Source: Naegleria gruberi (lineage: Eukaryota). Taken from it: a stretch of DNA of 64,000 nt. The stretch is from NCBI GenBank assembly GCA_000004985.1, contig GG738902.1. One strand, 5' to 3'. The notes beneath the pieces were generated by a model that worked only from the letters and a program-made list of their open reading frames with translations, was not told where the DNA came from and did no database searches. Made by a program: the position numbers and the translations under genes. This document shows positions 54,864 to 64,000 of the stretch, in pieces (within the stretch, counting starts at the first letter, position 1; each line of letters starts with the position of its first letter).

Positions 54864-55200
54864 ATGAGCAAACGAACAAGAATTGCACTGGCCGATTTAT
54901 CCGAAATTAATAACAACAAGAAAAAATTGATCATTTCATGGAACAATTTTCCAATATTTTCGGATGATGTAATTTTTGAAATTGTTTCATTCATTGAAAC
55001 AATTGAAATATCTAAATCTTTCCCATAACTTTATTTATGCAAGAGGAGCAATAGCAATTAGTGACTTGGAGCAATTGACTCATCTTGATTTGGTGTCATC
55101 CAATAGTATTCATGATACTCCACGTTATAAGAAATCATTTAACGAATTTAAACAGTTGAAAACTCTTAATATTTCAATTCAATTTCATCAAAGACGCTAA
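54864..55200 (+). pseudogene. Truncated and frameshifted F-box/LRR gene fragment: an F-box-like N-terminus (54864..55028), then a +1 shift into three LRRs (54976..55200).
   Basis: MSKRTRIALADLSEINNNKKKLIISWNNFPIFSDDVIFEIVSFIETIEISKSFP* overlaps out of frame with LKQLKYLNLSHNFIYARGAIAISDLEQLTHLDL... It resembles the 6029..7348 family but is only about 110 aa and has no continuous frame. Confidence 0.4.
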
Positions 55201-55426
55201 TGAGAATAGCTGAATCGACACAATTCAAATTGGCTAATTCAATTATTTATCGTTATTAATTGGTAGATGTGGATTCTTTTATTGTAAAGTATTTTCAATA
55301 TTCCTTTCAAATCACGATTTCAAAATAACCAAATCATTTTCAATCAATATCTTAAACTATAACCAATCACAGTTGACTTTAATCAATCAAAATCATCAAA
55401 TTCAAAACAGATCAACAACTAAAAAA

Positions 55427-56407
55427 ATGATCAAACTCTCCACTCGTCTCCCCAAAGGATTTCTCTCCACAACCTTCAAAAAAACTTCCAATCCTCATCA
55501 CCGATCATTAATTTCCACTTTAAGAAAATTCACATCATCACCAACAAACGAACGCAAATTTCACAACAACTTGATTTCTCCTCTTCGTTCCTCCAATAAT
55601 AACAAATTACATAATTTCGGAGATGCTGATGAAAATGGTGCTGAAAATGACAAGGTGAGGAACAAGAAAAGAATTGGAGAATTGAATGATCTGTTAGAAT
55701 TTAATCCAAATTTCACAGATGCCTTGATTGAAAGATCAAAATGTTATGAAGGGTTGAGTGAATGGAAACTTGCAAGTGCTGATCTAGAGAAGGTTTTAGA
55801 GATTGAACCAAATAGAGATGATATTGTTTCACATTTGGAACAATTATATTGGTTTTATATACAAAAGGAGAATTACAATGTTAAATTGGCTAATAATTAT
55901 TTGGAAAGAGCATTTGAAATTGTTTCGAATAATGCAGTTCAAGTGCCATTTTCATATTATAGGTCACTTTATTCCATCTGTTATGAATTGGAACAGTTTG
56001 AAAAGGCTATTTCTTATGCAACAAAGGGAATTAAATCGATTGAGTCAACTGGACCAATTGAAATTGGAAGTAAGGAAGCTGATGATTTGGCTGCATTGTT
56101 ATGTAGAAGAGGAAGTGTATTGATTACAAAGTTTAAAATGATTGAACGTGGAAGACAAGATTTAGAACGAGCTCTCTCATTAGCTTCCTCAAAATACGAA
56201 CCTCTAGTTCTCATGTTAGATTCTTTCAAATATTTAAAGAACCACGATCTAGTTATGGAGACGTACAATTTAGTGAAAGAACTCGAAAAGAAGGAGACTA
56301 GAACGGATGAGAAAACCTTATTAGAATATCAAAGGGTTTGGTTAGGATTCAGAGTTGATTTATTTGGGTTGTTTAAGAGATTACTTAGTGAAGATTCATA
56401 TCATTGA
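55427..56407 (+). CDS. TPR-like helical-repeat protein with a basic Ser/Thr-rich N-terminal presequence (possibly organellar). It is the last gene before the subtelomere.
   Basis: The first ATG, in an A-rich context, is at 55427 (the ORF-track start at 55373 is TTG). Paired amphipathic helices with TPR-like spacing. The assignment is by eye. Confidence 0.45.
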   Translation: MIKLSTRLPKGFLSTTFKKTSNPHHRSLISTLRKFTSSPTNERKFHNNLISPLRSSNNNKLHNFGDADENGAENDKVRNKKRIGELNDLLEFNPNFTDALIERSKCYEGLSEWKLASADLEKVLEIEPNRDDIVSHLEQLYWFYIQKENYNVKLANNYLERAFEIVSNNAVQVPFSYYRSLYSICYELEQFEKAISYATKGIKSIESTGPIEIGSKEADDLAALLCRRGSVLITKFKMIERGRQDLERALSLASSKYEPLVLMLDSFKYLKNHDLVMETYNLVKELEKKETRTDEKTLLEYQRVWLGFRVDLFGLFKRLLSEDSYH

Positions 56408-56588
56408 TTATATTTCTTATCATCTATAAATGATGTAAATTTGATGGTTTCATTTCTTATATTGATAGATATATAAAGGTCAGGTCAGAACTAACTTTTG
56501 TATTATGGACTTTGAGAAGTCAAATGTTTGGGACGTGAATCTACTCATTAGATTGAATAGGTATTGCTAATAAAGTAACATTTCATTG

Positions 56589-57780
56589 ATTTATTGATTA
56601 TAACGGTCAAATTGAGTTGAATGGAAGTGATTCTAATGTTGATTCATCGTGGAATGGGTAGTTTCGCCACGAAGTGGTGCAACTACCAACCTTTGTAGAT
56701 TGAATCAGGTTGATTTGCATGCAATATGAAATATCTAGCATTATCAAGAGTGATTATTCACCAATTCAATGATCAATATTCAATAATCGGTTTGATTTCA
56801 ATCAATAGCTTGATCAACAAGCTTTGAATATTAATATTCCAGTAATTAACGGCAGTCTATTTTTAAATTTAATCAAAGACCATATTTAGTAGCTTGACTT
56901 TTATGATCTGGAAACTATCTAGATGTGTTCTATATTGAATAATCTATTTGAAAATGAGATGAATTAACTCTTCTATTGAGTTTTATTGGTATTGGATGCT
57001 ATTACGGTTATAATAATCTACACAGAAATGACTCTTCAAATATAAACTGTACTACAATGTATGAGAAACATAATGGTGGTGGAATTAATCAATAACTCGT
57101 TGAAATGACTGAGATGGAATGTAAACTATGGTCTATTTGTCATGTAATGGTGACTAGACAGTGTCAATTTCATCAAATTATTTCAAACTGATTACAATCA
57201 ATAAAAACCCGTTCTATACATCAAACATGTCATATAGAATGAGTTCCAACATTTAATATTGTGAACTGACTCTGTTGGATACCATCTCTATAAATATAAC
57301 AAGATGAAAAGTGCCAATACTCAATTTCACATGTATGTTACTATGGAGAGTCATCATTATATCATATAGATAGGTAATATTTCAAGTTTCAGTGGAATTG
57401 ACTGTCTAGATATTGAGATGTGTTTACTAAGGTTGATGAAGTGTCACCTTCACTGAATCCTGACATGAATATAACAATTGAACATACTATTCTTGTGTCA
57501 ATAATTCATTATTCAATGATTGTGATATGATGGTAAAATTTAATTTTGGAAATATAATTCTTCCCTATTGACAACCTTAGATGTTCCTTAGTTGACTTGA
57601 AGATATTGAGCCATCAACATGAAACTTTCTCAGATTGTTGTCCTCATCAAGGGAAGTGTATTCATGTTTGACACTTGTATGATGTTTTGTAAATTGACTG
57701 AGATGGTATACATTCTATATGTTGAAATGTGACAATATGATAGATTGTTATTATTATCATACTGAATTCAATTATAACAG
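56589..57780. repeat. Subtelomeric segmental duplicate A1 (about 1.2 kb; roughly 90% identical to A2 at 58549..59600).
   Basis: Direct comparison: ttattgattataacggtcaaattgagttgaatggaagtga ... gttgaaatgtgacaat recurs after the first N gap, with scattered substitutions and one roughly 130-bp indel. Confidence 0.8.
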
Positions 57781-58498
57781 ACTAAAATTGATACCATATA
57801 TACAATAGTGTGATAAAACATATCTGGTTAAGTTACAGGATGATTGGATGTACTTTCACTGAGCTGGAGTGTTCACTAGGATATATATAGTGTTAACATT
57901 AAACATTTACTGATTAATTTTATGAAAGTAGTTTGAAATGTTTCTAAACTATTGTAGATGTATTTAATTGATATATAGACTATGTGGTATCAATTCTAGA
58001 CTTTTTATATGTAAAATGAGTGAGTTGGAGTATAATCTATGATATCATGTCAAATGTCTATAGTAAATTGATAGAGTTGACAACTCGACATCTACTGAAC
58101 CAATATTCATGAAATTGATACCACATACTAATTAGAGTGTCTGCATACCATGATATCAATTTCAGTGAAATTGGAGTTGTTTCTGGACCCTTCAGATTTC
58201 CATCCATTCTCCTGACAAATCACCATGTACTATCTACTGGATACATTTCTTGAAATGAAAACATATAATTTGATGAAAGTACACTTTATTTGAGATGTAG
58301 AACACGATATTATCATTTATTTTGAGATTGGTAACTTTTCCTATAGAGTGTAATCCTTAATTGTCTTAATTGACTAAAAGAGGTCAAGGAGAGATTTCAA
58401 ATCATAAAATAAATTATATTTTCGAGATTTACTATCGATTTCCAATCGATTGATATGTATTTTGTAGATTGACGAAGTGGTTCTCTATTGAAGATTCC

Positions 58499-58548
58499 NN
58501 NNNNNNNNNNNNNNNNNNNNNNNNNNNNNNNNNNNNNNNNNNNNNNNN
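58499..58548. other. Scaffold gap (50 N).
   Basis: Run of N characters. Confidence 0.99.
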
Positions 58549-59600
58549 TTATTGATTATAACGGTCAAATTGAGTTGAATGGAAGTGAATCACATGTTGA
58601 TTCATCGTGGATGGGTAGTTTCGCCACGAAGTGGTGCAACTACCAACCTTTGTAGATTGAATCAGGTTGATTTGAATGCAATATGAATAAGTAACATTAT
58701 CAAGAGTGATTATTCACCAATTCAATGATCAATATTCAATAATCGGTTTGATTTCAATCAATAGCTTGATCAACAAGCTTTGAATTATTATTCCAGTAAT
58801 TAACGGCAGTCTATTTTTAAATTTAATCAAAGACCATATATAGTAGCCAGAAATCACTCTTGAAATATAAACTGTACTACAATGTATGAGAAACATAATG
58901 GTGGTGGAATTAATCAATAACTCGTTGAAATGACTGAGATGGAATGTAAACTATGGTCTATTTGTCATGTAGTGGTGACTAGACAGTGTCAATTTCATCA
59001 AATTATTTCAAACCGATTACATTCAATAAAAAACCGTTCTATACATCAAACATGCCATACAGTATGAGTTTCAATATTTAATATCGTGAACTGACTCTGT
59101 TGGATACCATCTCTATAAATATAACAAGATGAAAAGTGTCAACATTCAATTACACATGCATGTAACTATGAAGAGTCATCATTATATCATCTAGATAGGT
59201 AATATTTCAAGTTTCAGTGGAATTGACTGTCTACATATTGAGATGTGTATACTAAGGCTGAAGAAGTGTCACCTTCACTGATTACTGACATGAATATGAC
59301 AATTGAATATATTATTGTTGCATAAATAATTCATTGTTCAATGATTATGATATGATGGTAAAATTTAATTTTGGAATTAAGATACTTCCCTATTCATTAC
59401 CTTAGATGTTCCTTAGATGACTTGAAGATATTGAGCCATGAATATGAAACTTTCTCAGATTGTTCTCCTCATGAAGGGAAGTGTATTCATATTAGATACT
59501 TGTATTATATTTTGTAAACTGACTGAGATGGTATATAATCTATATGTTGAAATGTGACAATTTGACAGATTGTTATTATTATCATATTGAATTCAATTCT
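58549..59600. repeat. Subtelomeric segmental duplicate A2. It starts at the gap edge and ends at the junction with the gene-fragment/telomere-seed.
   Basis: See A1. The copy diverges from A1 after gaattcaatt. Confidence 0.8.
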
Positions 59601-59603
59601 AGT

Positions 59604-59690
59604 GGGTTTGGTTAGGATTCAGAGTTGATTTATTTGGGTTATTTAAGAGATTACTTAGTGAAGATTTTGGTTTGGGTTTGGGTTTGGGTT
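59604..59690 (+). repeat. A 63-bp duplicate of the 3' end of the TPR gene (a copy of 56335..56397 with 1 mismatch), joined directly to a short interstitial (TTTGGG)4 telomere-repeat block (59666..59690).
   Basis: gggtttggttaggattcagagttgatttatttgggttRtttaagagattacttagtgaagatt is followed by ttggtttgggtttgggtttgggtt. Confidence 0.85.
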
Positions 59691-61016
59691 AGACGAAAAC
59701 CCATCGACGACTAACGAACGGCCAATATTGAGTATCTGAATTTCATATATGTCATTCAAATATAAATAAAAAGCTTATATTGTAACGAAGCAGTCATATC
59801 TCAAAGTAGTTATAGAGATAATCAACTCTGATAAAATAAAAGTTAGGTTTTCCCGGTATTACTCTATGAATATGGAGATCGCCGGTCTGGATTAAATATA
59901 TGTAGTAGATATAAATATGAGTTGACTATATTCGCAAATAAATTTGAAAAATATCATTGCGTTCAAAAATAATAAGGCACTTCCTGAAATATTAAGATAT
60001 TTACCCTAGTAGGTCTAAAATTTCAAAGTTGGGTTGAAATGTAAATTTTAGTATATTGTAGATATATATATGAATAGATGATATTATGAATTAATCATGT
60101 TGAATCGGTGTATTTAATAAGTTACAACATGTCTAAAAATTAACTTTTCAACATTTATTGTACTATAATATGAATGTTATTACAATCATCACTAATCTCA
60201 TATATATGATGTATAATGATGATATTCACATTGTAGAAGTGTTGGAAGTATAATATATGATATCCTTAGTATACTGTACTCATTCTACCTTAATTGACCA
60301 AGATATTGAGCCATACTATGGAAACACTATACCAATTTATTAAACTTGTTAATATTTTAGTAAATATCAAATATAATCATATATAATTGAAATAATTATT
60401 ATTTGATCCATATTCAGACTGTAGGAAGTCTACTTGTGTGAAATTGACAATATCGGTTATTGAAGGATGAATATCTTACATGACTTAATTCCACTCATTG
60501 ATACATGTCTAATTATCGTATTTTATGATATGTAATTGAAATAATTGAAATCTATCATATATTTAGGGAGATAACCAATTAGGATGAGAGTAGGGGAAGT
60601 TACGCTTACTATTTACCAGGTAAACACTTTCAATAGGGACCCATATATTTTATTTGATAATATCGTATATATATGCATTTTATCGACAAATAATTGGTAT
60701 CATGGTTTTATATCCTATATTATCAATTTGGGAAATGTTGCAATGTCTAATCTCAATAGAAATATTGCCATAATACCAATTATTGATTATATATCATGAA
60801 ACTGATATTATTGACTCTAATTGATGTTTATATGAATATATGATTGAAATATTTGATTTTTGACATTTCTTAATGACATGGATAGTTCACTAAGGTAGTG
60901 ACTTTGCCATATGACAACTGTCTAAGATGATATTGAAATCATTCCTAAATTGATATTATGATAGTATTAGATGATTATAACACGATAGTAATGAATTGGA
61001 AGTGATTCTTACCATT

Positions 61017-62068
61017 TATGACATGTAAGAATGTTACCTTTGATCAATTGGACCACTAGCTTGACAGATATCCCATTTATATAGATATTGATTTCTATCA
61101 CTCAGAAACGTTACCAATATCATTTATAAGAGTAGTGGTATGATATTCTATCTTGTTGTACTTCTTGGTATTGACTTGTCATATTGTCATGAGTAGTTGC
61201 TGACATGGTTAAATGACATGAAAAGTGAATGAAGTCCAAATGATATGAAATTGATAAGAACCTCATTATATGATGTTAATAACATATTGTATCAATTTGG
61301 TAATGAATCTCATTGTCCTTAGGGTACTTCCCTATTGAGGTACCTTAATTGACTATCTCAATATTTAATATGTGATATGATATTTATTTCAATTGTATCA
61401 TGTTATATATGTAATTTGAAGCATTTTGATATAAGTTTTGATATTTAAATATGATTTAATAGATATCATATATAGCAACTCTTAGTTTTTCAAAATTGAC
61501 TTTGAGATACTCTAATTGACCATATATATATGACCAATTAATGAAACTAATATCAATCGACTAGATTTTCAATTGTGAACACAATGGTATCAACAGTTAT
61601 ATGATTCATGATAGTTTAAAATTGCGTTGGTCATCTAAGGATAGGTCATTAAGGTTTGAATGAATTGATATGAAATTCAATACCAATTATTGATATACCA
61701 TGATTTATTGATCTATATATGATATTATAATTGAAATATTTTAAAATTAATATCATTTGACTATTTTGACATTCATAATTCTCATGATTACACTCCTGAC
61801 ATGTTGGATGATTTCATATTGTCTTGAAACTGATATACTAGTGTTTGTACACCACTAGTAAGGTACTGTATCAGTTTCATGATGATCTGTATAGTGGATG
61901 TAATTGTCACATCCCTGTAGGTGTCAAGTAGATCAGCCAAGTACCATGTATGATATGGATGATCTTCAAAATCAAATAGATATATTTAATTATCATGTAT
62001 AGATGTATTAGAAGTGAATTGAAGTGGAAAAGATTTCTATCTTCAGTGTTAGTATAGGTCAGTTGACA
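61017..62068. repeat. Subtelomeric duplicate B1 (1052 bp, essentially identical to B2). It is followed immediately by an interstitial telomere array.
   Basis: tatgacatgtaagaatgttacctttgatcaattggacc ... cttcagtgttagtataggtcagttgaca is present twice with the same length. Confidence 0.85.
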
Positions 62069-62212
62069 GGGTTTGGGTTTGGGTTTGGGTTTGGGTTTGG
62101 GTTTGGGTTTGGGTTTGGGTTTGGGTTTGGGTTTGGGTTTGGGTTTGGGTTGGGTTTGGGTTTGGGTTTGGGTTTGGGTTTGGGTTTGGGTTGGGTTTGG
62201 GTTTGGGTTTGG
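62069..62212 (+). repeat. Interstitial (TTTGGG)n telomere-repeat array (about 24 units), running into an N gap.
   Basis: Perfect gggttt hexamers with occasional gggtt variants; the G-rich strand is on the + strand. Confidence 0.9.
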
Positions 62213-62262
62213 NNNNNNNNNNNNNNNNNNNNNNNNNNNNNNNNNNNNNNNNNNNNNNNNNN
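62213..62262. other. Scaffold gap (50 N), with a further single N at 62264.
   Basis: Run of N characters. Confidence 0.99.
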
Positions 62263-62264
62263 TN

Positions 62265-63316
62265 TATGACATGTAAGAATGTTACCTTTGATCAATTGGA
62301 CCACTAGCTTGACAGATATCCCATTTATATAGATATTGATTTCTATCACTCAGAAACGTTACCAATATCATTTATAAGAGTAGTGGTATGATATTCTATC
62401 TTGTTGTACTTCTTGGTATTGACTTGTCATATTGTCATGAGTAGTTGCTGACATGGTTAAATGACATGAAAAGTGAATGAAGTCCAAATGATATGAAATT
62501 GATAAGAACCTCATTATATGATGTTAATAACATATTGTATCAATTTGGTAATGAATCTCATTGTCCTTAGGGTACTTCCCTATTGAGGTACCTTAATTGA
62601 CTATCTCAATATTTAATATGTGATATGATATTTATTTCAATTGTATCATGTTATATATGTAATTTGAAGCATTTTGATATAAGTTTTGATATTTAAATAT
62701 GATTTAATAGATATCATATATAGCAACTCTTAGTTTTTCAAAATTGACTTTGAGATACTCTAATTGACCATATATATATGACCAATTAATGAAACTAATA
62801 TCAATCGACTAGATTTTCAATTGTGAACACAATGGTATCAACAGTTATATGATTCATGATAGTTTAAAATTGCGTTGGTCATCTAAGGATAGGTCATTAA
62901 GGTTTGAATGAATTGATATGAAATTCAATACCAATTATTGATATACCATGATTTATTGATCTATATATGATATTATAATTGAAATATTTTAAAATTAATA
63001 TCATTTGACTATTTTGACATTCATAATTCTCATGATTACACTCCTGACATGTTGGATGATTTCATATTGTCTTGAAACTGATATACTAGTGTTTGTACAC
63101 CACTAGTAAGGTACTGTATCAGTTTCATGATGATCTGTATAGTGGATGTAATTGTCACATCCCTGTAGGTGTCAAGTAGATCAGCCAAGTACCATGTATG
63201 ATATGGATGATCTTCAAAATCAAATAGATATATTTAATTATCATGTATAGATGTATTAGAAGTGAATTGAAGTGGAAAAGATTTCTATCTTCAGTGTTAG
63301 TATAGGTCAGTTGACA
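62265..63316. repeat. Subtelomeric duplicate B2. Unlike B1 it continues into 314 bp of unique AT-rich DNA before the terminal telomere array.
   Basis: See B1. Confidence 0.85.
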
Positions 63317-63630
63317 AGTTGAATAGTAAACATCCTGAAATGATACCAAAGTATTTGAAATTGATATATATTGTTATTAACATGATTTAAAAGGTGATAT
63401 ATTGATTTGAAATGATTTTGAAATGTTTTCATTGATATTCTAATTGTCTAATCTATTATATGAAATTAACTTATATAAGTCATTATAATGATGTAATATT
63501 ATGTTATATTATGATTATATATTCAATTTGGAGTATATTGATATATAATATATTGATTTATAATGAGTATTTATTGAGATAATTAATTAAGAAGAATAAA
63601 AGTCAAAAGGTTGGGTCTGACCTTAGTCGT

Positions 63631-64000
63631 GGGTTTTGGTTTGGGTTTGGGTTTGGGTTTGGGTTTGGGTTTGGGTTGGGTTTGGGTTTGGGTTTGGGTT
63701 TGGGTTTGGGTTTGGGTTTGGGTTTGGGTTTGGGTTTGGGTTTGGGTTTGGGTTTGGGTTTGGGTTTGGGTTTGGGTTTGGGTTTGGGTTTGGGTTTGGG
63801 TGTTTGGGTTTGGGTTTGGGTTTGGGTTTGGGTTTGGGTTTGGGTTTGGGTTTGGGTTTGGGTTGGGTTTGGGTTTGGGTTTGGGTTTGGGTTTGGGTTT
63901 GGGTTTGGGTTTGGGTTTGGGTTTGGGTTTGGGTTTGGGTTTGGGTTTGGGTTTGGGTTTGGGTTTGGGTCCGGGTTTGGGTTTGGGTTTGGGTTTGGGT
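63631..64000 (+). repeat. Terminal telomere array (TTTGGG)n, about 60 units, with the G-rich strand running 5'->3' toward the window end. Variants: GGGTT (one T missing) several times, GGGTGTTTGGG near 63800, and GGGTCCGGGTTT near 63968.
   Basis: Uninterrupted hexamer array to the last base of the window, so this is the right-hand chromosome or contig end. Confidence 0.9.

Noticed and set aside
54976-55200. The 74-aa LRR ORF as an intact gene.
   Set aside because: It lacks a credible start and overlaps out of frame with an upstream F-box-like ORF, so it is better explained as a decayed family fragment.
61907-62349. ORFs encoding PKPKPK / GFGFGF / NPNPNP with runs of X residues.
   Set aside because: They are translations of the (TTTGGG)n telomere tract and the N gap in different frames, not genes.
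1-64000. Prokaryotic or ciliate-code interpretation (operons, CRISPR, TAA/TAG = Gln).
   Set aside because: GT-AG introns with GTAAGT donors, ORFs up to 2288 aa read with standard stops, eukaryote-only domains (B9, RasGEF, G-alpha, ANK, F-box) and a telomere all point to a standard-code eukaryote. No CRISPR-like repeat-spacer structure is present.

Overview
This is a gene-dense eukaryotic nuclear window, not a prokaryotic one. It is AT-rich (about two thirds A+T, with intergenic and intronic DNA more AT-rich than exons), uses the standard genetic code, and has short GT-AG introns of about 40-140 nt. The encoded proteins carry Asn- and Gln-rich tracts. The right end is a chromosome end: a terminal (TTTGGG)n array at 63631..64000, preceded by about 7.2 kb of gene-free subtelomere that contains segmental duplications, interstitial telomere-repeat blocks and two 50-N scaffold gaps.

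About 30 protein-coding genes are supported:
- Metabolism and organelles: a pyruvate phosphate dikinase fused in frame to an adenylate/UMP-CMP-type kinase domain (1142 aa from the likely ATG at 9066; the uninterrupted ORF is 1165 aa from 8994); an ELO fatty-acid elongase; a cytochrome P450; a 2OG-Fe(II) oxygenase; a two-exon mitochondrial carrier.
- Cilium: a B9D1 ciliary transition-zone protein, so the organism is flagellated or ciliated.
- Signalling: a 2288-aa RasGEF, a 7TM receptor-like protein, and a G-alpha-like protein with degenerate GTPase motifs.
- Three paralogous Zn2Cys6 zinc-cluster transcription factors, two of them head to head.
- F-box, LRR, BTB, SAM, SP-RING (Nse2-like) and DUF4116-like proteins, plus a 6-exon LEA_2/NHL-like membrane protein.

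The most unusual signals are ultra-short exons. A conserved 2-nt micro-exon (TG) is needed to rebuild the third Cys codon of the Zn2Cys6 motif in both head-to-head paralogs, and paralog A needs an additional 6-nt micro-exon. Inside the intron between two ankyrin-repeat coding exons there is a tandem array of about 20 units, each of the form 3' splice site + exactly 3 nt (6 nt in one unit) + consensus 5' splice site. All are stop-free and frame-preserving, which suggests a cassette of 3-nt micro-exons.

The organism cannot be named from sequence alone. The features are compatible with a flagellated amoeboid protist or a zoosporic-fungus-like lineage.
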